DNA from: Candidatus Marinacidobacterales bacterium
GTDB lineage: Bacteria > Acidobacteriota > Vicinamibacteria > Marinacidobacterales > DATDRI01
Direction of reading: 5' to 3'
Length of the DNA stretch: 64,000 nt
NCBI GenBank assembly: GCA_965219415.1
Contig: CBDCNP010000002.1
Location: forward strand, 3,008,001 to 3,072,000
In this document: positions 11,300-21,586 of the stretch, one piece after another
Position numbering within the stretch: the stretch's first letter is position 1
Layout of the letters: the number at the start of each line of letters is the position of its first letter
The notes under the pieces: generated by a model
The model's input: only the letters and a program-made list of their open reading frames with translations
Told to the model about the DNA's origin: nothing
Databases searched by the model: none
Program-made: the position numbers and the translations under genes

Positions 11300-12584
11300 T
11301 GTCCATCATCATTATTTGTCCGGGACTGGACTCTAGGCCCGGACCGCCCTCGAGCACATGCTGGAGAGCGTGGTCAGCGCGCGAGGGAAGGTGCTGAGGA
11401 CGAACTTCTCGGCGACCAGCCGAGTAACGCGAGCGACCAAGCTGACTCAGGCTGCCTCTCGCCACTCGTATCGATGGTGCAATCCACCGACTCGCGGCAG
11501 TGCGACGACTTTCGCCGTAGGAGACGGTCGGTGCGTGACCGCTCTCAAGCTCGGTGTGTCCTTGTTCAGCCCCAAGTGGCAACGGTCCTCGTGATAGTAG
11601 CTGATGTAAGCTCGCACGAGCCGGATGAGATGACATGCACCGAGAACCACGACGTGCTCGAGGAGCTCGCGACGGCAGCTGCCGACCCACCGCTCCGCAG
11701 TTCCGTTTTGCCATGGGCTGCGAAACGAAGTGCGAACGGGTTTTGTGCCCGTTGCTTTGATGAACTCGATGACCGCAGCGCTAAAGATGAAGTCGCGATC
11801 GAAGATGAGATATTTCGGAGCGGTGTCGTAGGGAAACGCCTCACGCAGTTGCTGAATAACCCAAGCAGACGTCGGGTGGAACGTGGCGTTGAAGTGAACG
11901 ATGTGCCGACGGCCGTGCTCGATGACGAAGAAGCCGTACAGCAGCCGGAGCGAAGCGGTGGGCACGGTGAACAGATCCATGGCGACGATATCGTCTTTAT
12001 GGTTGCGCAAGAAAGCCATCCATCGTTTCAGTTGGTCGGGCTCCGCGGGACGCCGCGGCAGGTATCGCGACACCGTGCTCTCGGAGATGATGAAACCGAG
12101 CTTGGTGAGCTCAGCATGGATGCGTGGCGCCCCCCAGCCGTCTTGCGCCATCGTGCGGACGAGGCGACGAATCTCGGGATCAATCCGAGGTCGACCGGGA
12201 TGGCGGCGCTGCGAGATCTTTGCCCAGTACCGTCGGAATCGGTCGCGATGCCAACGGGCCACGGTGTCCGCGTGGACGATGAGCAGGCGGCTCGCCCACA
12301 CGGGCCACGAACCTCGAAGGGCAACCCAGAAAGCCCGTTCCGTGTCGTCGAGCGGTGGGCGTGGGCGCTCTTTCTTCAGCGCCGTCACTTGCTGCCGCAA
12401 AGCGACGTTCTCCAACACCAGGTCGGCGCGGCGCCGACACATCGCCCGAATGGCACGGACGCCAAGTGAGACGAGGAAGACAACAACGTTGAGCATAGCG
12501 GCGGAGTTTCACCGTCTTCGGCCCAGAATTCAAGCGGAGCGTAAGTCCTTGATTTCGTGGGCGGAGCAGTTTTGACGATGCACA
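11300..12584 (-). mobile_element. IS-C, complete copy (1285 bp)
   Basis: Imperfect TIRs TGTGCATCGTCAAAACT / TGTCCATCATCATTATT around an intact transposase; no TSD. Confidence 0.92.
11447..12496 (-). CDS. rve/DDE transposase (integrase core domain), 349 aa
   Basis: HTH WGAPRIHAEL, DLFTV...DRD...SPWQNGTAERWV, C-terminus GGLHHRYEWREAA. Confidence 0.92.
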   Translation of the reverse strand: MLNVVVFLVSLGVRAIRAMCRRRADLVLENVALRQQVTALKKERPRPPLDDTERAFWVALRGSWPVWASRLLIVHADTVARWHRDRFRRYWAKISQRRHPGRPRIDPEIRRLVRTMAQDGWGAPRIHAELTKLGFIISESTVSRYLPRRPAEPDQLKRWMAFLRNHKDDIVAMDLFTVPTASLRLLYGFFVIEHGRRHIVHFNATFHPTSAWVIQQLREAFPYDTAPKYLIFDRDFIFSAAVIEFIKATGTKPVRTSFRSPWQNGTAERWVGSCRRELLEHVVVLGACHLIRLVRAYISYYHEDRCHLGLNKDTPSLRAVTHRPSPTAKVVALPRVGGLHHRYEWREAA

Positions 12585-12591
12585 CGCAAAG

Positions 12592-13105
12592 ATGATGACT
12601 CCTCCACTGAGGCCCGGCATGGTACCGCGGTTTCACGAAATCGGCCATGACGTCTTTGAGGACCTGTGTCGAGAATTGGTGCAGGAGGAAGATAACGTCA
12701 CAAGCGCCGAGCGCTACGGAACGCTCGGGCAAAGCCAATTTGGAGTCGATCTACTGATTGATTACAAGGACGGCTCGCTGGGGGCCGGACAATGCAAGAG
12801 TCATCAATCCTGCGATGAGGCGCTAGTGAGGGAGGCCTGCGATGATTTCCTAAAGCATGCTGCCCATTGGAGAAGGGAGGGCATCCGAACATTCATTCTA
12901 TTCCTGGCCGCCGACACGCGGCGGACACAGTTGCACGACGAGAGGCTCAAGCAACGCGCCAGACTGGAGCAGGAGGGATTCTCGCTCCAGGTTTGGTCCG
13001 CGGCTGTTCTCAAAAAGAAGCTGCGCAAGCAACGTCAAATCGTCCGTCATTTTTTCCCTTGGCTTGAGGACTACATCTGCGGCCCTTCGGCGGAACTCGA
13101 CATCC
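12592..13105 (+). pseudogene. N-terminal PD-(D/E)xK restriction-endonuclease-like domain of a larger protein, truncated at the IS-A end
   Basis: FEDLCREL...YGTLGQSQFGVDL...GQCK pattern; the frame runs into the IS-A terminus at 13106. Confidence 0.7.
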
Positions 13106-14536
13106 CGTCCTGTGCCAAAACTCGGCCCTTTTGAAATAGCCGATAAATCAGCAGCTTAGTGTCTGTGTTTGCGACCGTGCCAAGGGCCGTAGGCTCTACA
13201 ATCGTCTTGGGCGGACGGGTCGTCACCATGCAGACGACCACCTGGTCGAGAGCGAATATCCAAGCGTGTTACTGAAGCTGTGTTTCCACACTACGCCGGT
13301 CTAGCCCACCGAGGGGCGACAGTCGCCGACGACAATCTATGCGGCACGGTAGTAGTAGTTGAGAATGCCTCCAAGTCGCTCTCGCGACACGACGGGGCCA
13401 GCGTCCTTCACGCTTGCCGGCAGAGGTGTGATGAGCTCGTTGCCGATGCCTTGGTGGTTCCGTTCTGTGTGATAGTGCACTACGTATTCGGTTACCGCTG
13501 TGCGCAGGTGTCGCTCACTGAGAGGTACGAAGCGGTCGAGACACTCTCGACGTATGGAGAGAACGAATCTTTCCGCGTATGCGTTCAGATTCGGACTATT
13601 GGCGGGAAGGCGCAGGGGCTTCACGCCTGAATCTCTCAACAGCCCACGTACCGCCTCGGTGAATAGCGGGTCCCGGTCGTGGATGAGGTATCGCTTGCCA
13701 AGGAGGAAACCATCCCACATGTCAGTGAGGTTTCTTGCCACCTGCTTCATCCACTCCCCGTTGGGGGCCGACGTTATCCCACCGATGCACACGCAGCGAG
13801 TGGCAATATCGATGACAAACAGGACATGGTAGCGGACGAGGCCGAACGGGTTCACCACCTCGACGGTGAACAGGTCTGTCGCAGCGATAGCGCCCCCATG
13901 AGCCTTGATGAAGGTGCTCCACGACATGCTCTTGCCCCGCTCCGGGGCTGGCGCGATACCGTGCTCGGCGAGGATCCTCTTGATGGTGTTGCGTCCGAGT
14001 TCATGTCCGAGGTTCTTGAGAGCGCCCTGCAGGCGCGTATATCCCCACGTCGGGTTCTCTCGCGCCACGCGCACAATGAGTTCACGGATGTCCTTCGCCG
14101 TCGGAGGTCGGCCTGAACTCCGGTTCTTGCTGCCATCGTACTTGGCTGCGATGAGGCAGCGGTACCAACGCAGCAGCGTAGCGGGTGTGGCAACGGACGC
14201 AATCTCGGCCAGCACCTCGCGGCCCAAAGCCTGAGCCTTGACGGCGAGCCTGCGCCGGTCGTCGTCCGAGAGCCTGAGACGCTTGCCCCGAAGCCCGCCT
14301 CGGAGCACACGGTTCTCCTCTCGCAGGTAATCAATCACATCCTGCTGCTGGCGGTTGACCCATCCAGCCAGAACGAGCAGTAAGAATTGCACGTGGTACG
14401 TCATGATGGCTCCGAAGATAACACCCTCGGGCCAGACGATTGTGAAGCCCACGGCCCTTGACTCGGTCGCAAAACACAGACTCTAAGCTGTTGATTTATA
14501 GGCTATTTCAAAAGGGCCGAGTTTTGGCACAGGACG
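13106..14536 (-). mobile_element. IS-A, complete copy, with about 100-bp terminal inverted repeats
   Basis: 13106-13207 is the near-perfect reverse complement of 14434-14536; termini CGT...ACG; no TSD. Confidence 0.92.
13337..14404 (-). CDS. rve/DDE transposase ([10 protein letters not shown]...)
   Basis: [20 protein letters not shown]...HDRD...[18 protein letters not shown] motifs. Confidence 0.92.
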   Translation of the reverse strand: MTYHVQFLLLVLAGWVNRQQQDVIDYLREENRVLRGGLRGKRLRLSDDDRRRLAVKAQALGREVLAEIASVATPATLLRWYRCLIAAKYDGSKNRSSGRPPTAKDIRELIVRVARENPTWGYTRLQGALKNLGHELGRNTIKRILAEHGIAPAPERGKSMSWSTFIKAHGGAIAATDLFTVEVVNPFGLVRYHVLFVIDIATRCVCIGGITSAPNGEWMKQVARNLTDMWDGFLLGKRYLIHDRDPLFTEAVRGLLRDSGVKPLRLPANSPNLNAYAERFVLSIRRECLDRFVPLSERHLRTAVTEYVVHYHTERNHQGIGNELITPLPASVKDAGPVVSRERLGGILNYYYRAA

Positions 14537-14582
14537 GGGTAAGGGGAGTAGCTGTTACCGGCGGCTTTCGCCAAGTGCCGGT

Positions 14583-14678
14583 TGTGATTCGCAAAAAAGA
14601 AGATCGACCAGAAGCACCCGACCATAAGCAGGTCTAAAATGGCGCAATCAACGCTGGATCGACTTTTTGAAAAGCACA
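14583..14678. mobile_element. MITE J (96 bp)
   Basis: TGTGATTCGCAAAAAA...TTTTTGAAAAGCACA. Related copies at 25519-25573, 28392-28417, 33071-33153 and 63226-63320. Confidence 0.8.
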
Positions 14679-14751
14679 GCTCCCTGCTGGGTGTCTTGGT
14701 CATTTCTCCGCCGTTTCCGGCATGCGGAATCAATCATCGCCGCGTCGGCCA

Positions 14752-14999
14752 TCACTCTGGACCCATCACCAAGTCCTCTAGAATCGCCACCGCGCTGCCG
14801 TGCTCGGTCGCTGCCACGGCATTCGCGAAGCGCGTATCAGCCGTCGCCAGCGTGGCGCCGATGCGATGCGCGAGCGCCAAGTAAACGCAATCGTAGACCG
14901 GCCTGTCGAGCGCAAGTGCAAGGCGGACCGCGTCCGCACAGATGAGCTCATCATCGGACCAGCGGATCGGCATTTCACGAACGGCAGCAGCCAGCACCC
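14752..14999 (-). pseudogene. PIN-domain (VapC-like) toxin, C-terminal fragment
   Basis: ALDRPVYDCVYLALA...LATADTRF motif; the 5' part is replaced by the A terminus at 15000. Confidence 0.8.
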
Positions 15000-15176
15000 C
15001 GTCCTGTGCCAAAACTCAGCCCTTTTGAAATAGCCCATAAATCAGCAACTTAGAGTCTGGTTTGCGGCCGTGCCCAGGGCCGAGCACGAACAAACGACGA
15101 AATCATGCAGGCATAGTCCCGGCAGATCGGAGACCGATCAGGTTCGGGGCGCGCGGATGAATAAATAGAAGGCACA
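15000..15176. mobile_element. Hybrid MITE A-H, copy 2
   Basis: Colinear with 10244-10421. Confidence 0.85.
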
Positions 15177-15232
15177 GGACTTACCGCGAGTTGAGCGTTC
15201 CGTGGATTGTGACGAACGTCTTGAGCGAGTGG

Positions 15233-15345
15233 TGACCTGTCCCCCGAAAACTGGTTCAAATCTGAGTTAGAATCGGAACCGAGATAATGACCGTGAAGAG
15301 GAGCGGTCATGAAACGAACCCGTTTCACGGAGGAGCAGATCTCGC
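15233..15345 (+). mobile_element. IS3-family left end and orfA start remnant
   Basis: TGACCTGTCCCCC end, then RBS and MKRTRFTEEQI at 15309. Confidence 0.7.
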
Positions 15346-15348
15346 ACC

Positions 15349-15819
15349 GTGAGCTTGATAGCGGCCGTACTCGTTGCTTTTGGTTTAGGTTTTGACGCCC
15401 CGGCGGAGTGGGTGTCGAAGCCGTCGTCTTCTTCGATGCGCGTCGCCGTTTGGGAGCTCACCGGCGACGACGCTCCTGCCGAAGTCGTGATCTTTTATTT
15501 CGGTGAGGGGTCTGGAGGCGGTGTCGAAGCCAACCTCGCGCGTTGGTTCGGCCAGTTCGAGCAACCGGACGGCTCGAGCACGCGCGACAGAGCGACCATC
15601 ACCGAGCGCACCGTGAACGGACTCAAGCTCACTGTCGCAGACATGCGCGGGACGTTCGTTGCTCCGGTAAGGCCGGGAGCGCCGCAGCGCAACAACCGTC
15701 CTGGATACCGGATGATCGCTGCCATTGCTGAAGGAGGCGCGGGCCCGAAGCGACGGTGGCGAAATGGGAAGCGAGCGTCGAGGATTTTCTCTCGTCGCTC
15801 CGCCTCGAATAGACGTTAA
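15349..15819 (+). pseudogene. Hypothetical exported protein, probably 5'-clipped and frameshifted near 15745
   Basis: SSSMRVA...YFGEGSGGGVEANLARWFGQF pattern; the C-terminal sequence degenerates. Confidence 0.5.
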
Positions 15820-15895
15820 GGCGACTGGAATTTGAACCGAACGACAACTGATGCGTTCAACGACAACGCAGCCAGGCTGAGTGTGCCACGAACAT

Positions 15896-16201
15896 ATGAC
15901 CGCTAACAGTGAGAACTTGAAGCGCGCCATTCGCGGCAGCCACGCCTATCTTAACGCCAGCCCTCGAGTCGGCATAGACTACATCAGGCAGGTCATTAGA
16001 CCTGCCCTTCGTGATGCCATGAAGGAAGTCAAAGGCACTCTCTTGTCGCAGCACAATGTCGACCCCAAGGATACTAACGATGTCGTTCACTACACGAGTC
16101 TTCAGGTGCTGTTCGCCATGTTGCTCGGCAGAGCTGAGCCGAGCGGTCTTTCTGACAGATGCGGAAGTTTAAATCTCTGGGACAAGCGCAACGATTCTTG
16201 A
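15896..16201 (+). pseudogene. Hypothetical fragment, possibly a DUF2971-like N-terminus (VVHYTS)
   Basis: HYTS motif only. Confidence 0.35.
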
Positions 16202-16390
16202 CCGTGCATGGACTCGTTCAAAACCGCTTTCGCGTCGGACGGCATTTGTTGCAAGCCCGTCATCATCGGGAGCTAAGAGGCCGCGCTTTCATTGCTTGGC
16301 GCGAGGTAACGTGTGCCTGACGAAATCGCGAAGCGCAACAGTCAACAGGGACCAGTCTGGCTACAATGACACCAACTTGACAGTACCGTT

Positions 16391-18088
16391 ATGAACGTTG
16401 ATTTGATACTGGATATGGGTTTTCACGTAGTCGGCGGCCTGGGCATTTTCTTGCTCGGCATGAAGTTCATGCAGCAGGGCCTTCAAGTCATCGCCGGCTC
16501 CCGAATCAGACGCTTGATCAGACTGGTCACGTCCAACCGATTCCTGGCGGTGGGCATCGGGCTTTTCATCACGACCCTCGTTCAATCGAGCTCCGTCACC
16601 TCGGTCATGGTGATCGGTCTCGTCAATAGTGAATTGATGGTGCTCACCGAAGCCATCGGCGTCATCATCGGCGCCAATATCGGCACGACCATCACCGGAT
16701 GGATATTGGCGCTTAAGATCGGGCAATACGGCCTTCCGCTGCTCGGACTGGCTGCCTTCGGGTGGCTTTTCCTCAAGGCCGAAAAGCCGCGTTACTCGGC
16801 GCTTTCGATACTCGGGATCGGGATGGTCTTTTTTGGTCTCGAGCTCATGAAGGACGGTTTCGCGCCCGTTCGAGACCTTCCCGATTTCGCCGCCTTGTTC
16901 CATCTGTTCGAGGCGGTCGACTACTTCGGTGTCCTGAAATCTGCCCTCGTGGGCTGCGTCGTGACGCTCATCGTTCAGTCTTCGTCCGCCACTTTGGGGA
17001 TAACGATAGCCCTCGCCAATACGGGCGTGATCGATTTTCAAACTGCCGGGGCCTTGGTGCTGGGCGAAAATATCGGCACGACGATTACGGCCTATTTGGC
17101 GTCGCTCGGGGCGGACGACATCAACGCGAAACGTACCGCCTATTTCCACGTTCTCTTCAACGTTTCAGGCGTAGCCGTGAGCACGGCCCTGTTTCTTCCT
17201 GTATACCTGCCTTTCATCCAGAACGTTATCCTGGGCGGTGTGGATCCGAATATCCAGGACGTGGAGGGAAGCTTTCCTTACATGACGGCGGGGATCGCCA
17301 CGGTACACACCACGTTCAATGTGCTCGCCACGCTCCTGTTCCTTCCTTTCGTGACGCCCATCGCGAGCGTGCTAAAGAGACTCGTCAAAGACAAGCCCAA
17401 ACCTCCAAGAGCGAATTTGACCCATCTGAATTCCAATCTGGTCAGCTCGCCGTTGACCGCGATCGAGCAATCGCGCCATGAGATTCAGCGGACGGATCAA
17501 CATGTGAGGGACATGCTGAACGATTTGCGTCAAGTGATTTCTGACGATAGCAGCGACCGAAGCCTGGCCGACAAGATATTCGAGGAAGAGAATACGATTG
17601 ACGTCGTTCAGATCGAGGTCACGACCTTCTTGACCGACCTGCTTTCTGAAGAGCTGAGCCATGACATTGCCGAGGGGGCGCGGGCTCAATTGAGGTTGGC
17701 GGACGAGTTTGAATCGGTGAGCGACTACGTTTCGAACGTCCTCAAACTCTATCTGCGATTGCGAGAGGCCGACGTGCGGTTCACGGGCCCACAGCAAGAC
17801 GAGCTACTGGGGTTACATGACCTGATTGCCGGCTATTACGACGGCGTCCATGTGGGTCTCGAGAATCCATCCGCTGACTACTTGTCCGAGATTCGTCGAA
17901 GAAGCCGCGACATCACCAATGAAATAAGAGAGCTCAGAGATCGTCACTGGAATCGATTGTCCGAGGAAACGGTGGATCCATTGATCAGCACCTCCTATAT
18001 GGATATCGCGAATTCTTATCGCAGAATAAAGGATCACCTCCTGAACATCGGTGAAGCCGCCGTCGGCGGCAAAATCGTCAGGCGATGA
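16391..18088 (+). CDS. Na+/Pi cotransporter family protein with PhoU-like C-terminus
   Basis: Two repeats VQSSS...GANIGTT / VQSSS...GENIGTT, multiple TM helices, helical C-terminal domain. Confidence 0.95.
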   Translation: MNVDLILDMGFHVVGGLGIFLLGMKFMQQGLQVIAGSRIRRLIRLVTSNRFLAVGIGLFITTLVQSSSVTSVMVIGLVNSELMVLTEAIGVIIGANIGTTITGWILALKIGQYGLPLLGLAAFGWLFLKAEKPRYSALSILGIGMVFFGLELMKDGFAPVRDLPDFAALFHLFEAVDYFGVLKSALVGCVVTLIVQSSSATLGITIALANTGVIDFQTAGALVLGENIGTTITAYLASLGADDINAKRTAYFHVLFNVSGVAVSTALFLPVYLPFIQNVILGGVDPNIQDVEGSFPYMTAGIATVHTTFNVLATLLFLPFVTPIASVLKRLVKDKPKPPRANLTHLNSNLVSSPLTAIEQSRHEIQRTDQHVRDMLNDLRQVISDDSSDRSLADKIFEEENTIDVVQIEVTTFLTDLLSEELSHDIAEGARAQLRLADEFESVSDYVSNVLKLYLRLREADVRFTGPQQDELLGLHDLIAGYYDGVHVGLENPSADYLSEIRRRSRDITNEIRELRDRHWNRLSEETVDPLISTSYMDIANSYRRIKDHLLNIGEAAVGGKIVRR

Positions 18089-18100
18089 AGGTCTAGTGGC

Positions 18101-18180
18101 TGTCCCTTCCATTTAATCGATCCGAATGGATTTAGAGCCCGACCTCGGTAGGGTCTAGGGCTGGCGCGGTGCAAGGATGC
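18101..18180 (+). repeat. Family-I end (TGTCCCTTCCATTTAATC)
   Basis: Second copy at 27571-27689. Confidence 0.7.
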
Positions 18181-18210
18181 GAATCGATGGCTGAAAGCAG
18201 CACACCATCC

Positions 18211-19641
18211 CGTCCTGTGCCAAAACTCGGCCCTTTTGAAATAGGCCATAAATCAGCAACTTAGTGTCTGTGTTTGCGACCGGGCCAAGGGCCGTGGGCT
18301 TTACAATCGTCTTGGGCGGGCGGGTCGTCACCATGCAGATGACCACCTAGTCGAGAGCGAATATCGAAACGTGTTCCTGAAGCTGTTTCCACGCTACGCT
18401 GGTCGAGCGCACCGAGGGGCTACCGTCGCCAGCAAACATCTACGCGGCACGGCAGTAGTAGTTGAGAATGCCCCCAAGTCGCTCTCGCGACACGATGGGG
18501 CCAGCGTCATTCGCGCTTGCCGGCAGAGGTGTGAGGAGCTCGTTGCCGAGACCTTGGTGGTTCCGTTCTGTGTGATAGTGCACTACGTATTCGGTTACCG
18601 CTGTGCGCAGGTGTCGCTCACTGAGAGGTACGAGGCGATCGAGACACTCTCGACGTATGGAGAGAACGAATCTTTCCGCGTATGCGTTCAGATTCGGACT
18701 ATTGGCGGGAAGGCGGAGGGGCTTCACGCCTGAATCTCTCAACAGCCCACTGTACTGCCTCGGTGAATAGCGGGTCCCGGTCGTGGATGAGGTATCGCTT
18801 GCCAAGGAGGAAACCATCCCACAGGTCAGTGAGGTTTCTTGCCACCTGCTTCATTCCACTCCCCGTTTGGGTCCGAGGTCATCCCACCGATGCACACGCA
18901 GCGAGTGGCGATATCGATGACAAACAGGACATGGTAGCGGACGAGCCCGAACGGGTTCACAACTTCGACGGTGAACAGGTCTGTCGCAGCGATAGTGCCC
19001 CAATGAGCCTTGAGGAAAGTGCTCCACGACATGCTCTTGCCCCGCTCCGGAGCCGGTGCGATACCGTGCTCGGCGAGGAGCCTCTTGATGGTGTTGCGTC
19101 CGAGTTCATGCCCGAGGTTCTTGAGTGCGCCCCGCAGGCGCGTATATCCCCACGTCGGGTTCTCTCGCGCCACGCGCACAATGAGTTCACGGATATCCTT
19201 CGCCGTCGGAGGTCGGCCTGGGCTCCGGTTCTTGCTGCCATCGTACTTGGCTGCGATGAGGCAGCGGTACCAGCGCACAAGCGTAGCGGGTGTGGCAACG
19301 GACGCAATCTGGGCCAGCGCCTCGCGGCCCAAAGCCTGGGCCTTGACGGCAAGCCTGCGCCGCTCTTCGTCAGAGAGCCTGAGACGCTTGCCCCGAAGCC
19401 CGGCTCGGAGCACACGGTTCTCCTCTCGCAGGTAATCAATCACATCCTGCTGCTGGCGGTTGACCCAGCCAGCCACAACGAGTAGTAAGAACCGCACGTG
19501 GTACGTCATCATGGAGCTGAAGATAACACCCTCGGTCCAGACGATTGTAGAGCCTACAGCCCTTGGCCCGGTCGCAAAACACAGACGCTAAGCTGTTGAT
19601 TTATCGGCTATTTCAAAAGGGCCGAGTTTTGGCACAGGACG
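18211..19641 (-). mobile_element. IS-A copy 2, transposase (18440-19512) frameshifted
   Basis: Same long TIRs; ORF broken near 18750 and 18855. Confidence 0.9.
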
Positions 19642-20124
19642 GGGTCGAGCCGATCTGCCGGATGCTCCCGATCGCCCCGTCGACCTATTACGAGCAGAAA
19701 GCGCGAGAGAAGGGCCCAAGCCGCCAGTCAGTCAGCGAGAGCGAAGCGCGACGTCCAACTCTGCGGCGAGATTCGTCGTGTACGGCAAGACAACTTTGAC
19801 GTGTATGGCGTGCGCAAGGTCTGGCGTCAGCTTCGCTGTGAGGGCCGCGACGTGGCTCGATGTACGGTGGCCCGTCTGATGCGTGAAATGGGTCTCCAGG
19901 GGGCGGTCCGTAAACGTCGATTCAAGACGACGAAGCCGGATTCGAGCGGCGCTCGCCCGATGGACCTCGTGGAGCACGACTTCAACGCCACACGCCCGAA
20001 CGAGCTCTAGGTCTCGGACCTGACCTACGTTGCCACGTGGCGCGGCTTCGTGTATGTCGCCTTCGTCATCGACGTCTTCGCTCGACTCATCGTCGGTTGG
20101 CGAGCGACGACATCGTTGACTGCC
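19642..20124 (+). pseudogene. IS3-family orfB fragment clipped on both sides
   Basis: GVEPICRMLPIAPSTYY, YGVRKVWRQL, DLTYVATWRGFVYVAFVIDVF; internal stop at 20008-20010. Confidence 0.88.
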
Positions 20125-21410
20125 TGTCCATCATCATTATTTGTCCGGGACTGGACTCTAGGCCCGGACTGCCCTCGAGCACATGCTGGAGAGCGTGGTC
20201 AGCGCGCGAGGGAAGGTGCTGAGGACGAACTTCTCGGCGACCGGCCGAGTAACGCGAGCGACCAAGCTGACTCAGGCTGCCTCTCGCCACTCGTATCGAT
20301 GGTGCAATCCACCGACTCGCGGCAGTGCGACTACTTTCGCCGTAGGAGACGGTCGGTGCGTGACCGTTCTCAAGCTCGGTGTGTCCTTGTTCAGCCCCAA
20401 GTGGCAACGGTCCTCATGATAGTAGCTGATGTAAGCTCGCACGAGCCGGATGAGATGACATGCACCGAGAACCACGACGTGCTCAAGGAGCTCGCGACGG
20501 CAGCTGCCGACCCACCGCTCCGCGGTTCCGTTTTGCCATGGGCTGCGAAACGAAGTGCGAACGGGTTTTGTGCCCGTTGCCTTGATGAACTCGATGACCG
20601 CAGCGTTAAAGATGAAGTCGCGATCGAAGATGAGATATCTCGGAGCGGTGTCGTAGGGAAACGCCTCGCGTAGTTGCTGAATAACCCAAGCAGACGTCCG
20701 GGTGGAACGTGGCGTTGAAGTGAACGATGTGCCGACGGCCGTGCTCGATGACGAAGAAGCCGTACAGCAGCCGGAGCGACGCGGTGGGCACGGTGAACAG
20801 ATCCATGGCGGCGATATCGTCTTTATGGTTGCGCAAGAAAGCCATCCATCGCTTCAGCTGGTCGGGCTCCGCGGGATGTCGCGGCAGGTATCGCGACACC
20901 GTGCTCTCGGAGATGATGAAACCGAGCTTGGTGAGCTCAGCATGGATGCGTGGCGCCCCCCAGCCGTCTTGCGCCATCGTGCGGACGAGGCGGCGAATCT
21001 CGGCATCAATCCGAGGCCGACCGGGATGGTGGCGCTGCGAGATCTTTGCCCAGTACCGTCGGAATCGGTCGCGATGCCAACGGGCCACGGTGTCCGCGTG
21101 GACGATGAGCAGGCGGCTCGCCCACACGGGCCACGAACCTCGAAGAGCAACCCAGAAAGCCCGTTCCGTGTCGTCGAGCGGTGGGCGTGGGCGCTCTTTC
21201 TTCAGCGCCGTCACTTGCTGCCGCAAAGCGACGTTCTCCAACACCAGGTCGGCGCGGCGCCGACACATCGCCCGAATGACACGGACGCCAAGTGAGACGA
21301 GGAAGACAACAACGTCGAGCATAGCGGCGGAGTTTCGCCGTCTTCGGCCCGGAATTCAAGCGGAGCGTAAGTCCTTGATTTCGTGGACGGAGCAGTTTTG
21401 ACGATGCACA
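20125..21410 (-). mobile_element. IS-C full-length copy with frameshifted transposase (20272-21322)
   Basis: Both TIRs present; +1 insertion near 20699. Confidence 0.9.
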
Positions 21411-21565
21411 CCCGGCAGCGGGCCGGGAAAGCCGACGCTGCCCCACTGCCGCTGGCGGGGAGTTCGACGCGGCCAGTGTCGCGGCCGGCGACCAGATGCG
21501 AGTCCTGCGGCTTCGAGCACCGGGCGCTGACGCGCTGTCCCCGCTGCGGCGCGCCGCGGCGCTGA
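21411..21565 (+). pseudogene. C-terminal zinc-ribbon fragment (CESC...CPRC)
   Basis: Two CxxC motifs before the stop; 5' end replaced by IS-C. Confidence 0.45.
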
Positions 21566-21586
21566 GACCGCGCGGGGGTGCGGCTT

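Noticed and set aside
11474-12575. Long antisense/alternate ORFs within IS copies and opposite large genes (e.g. 5677-6723, 39073-40308, 57600-59363)
   Set aside because: Shadow ORFs of GC-rich coding sequence with no recognisable motifs; they recur only because the IS recurs.
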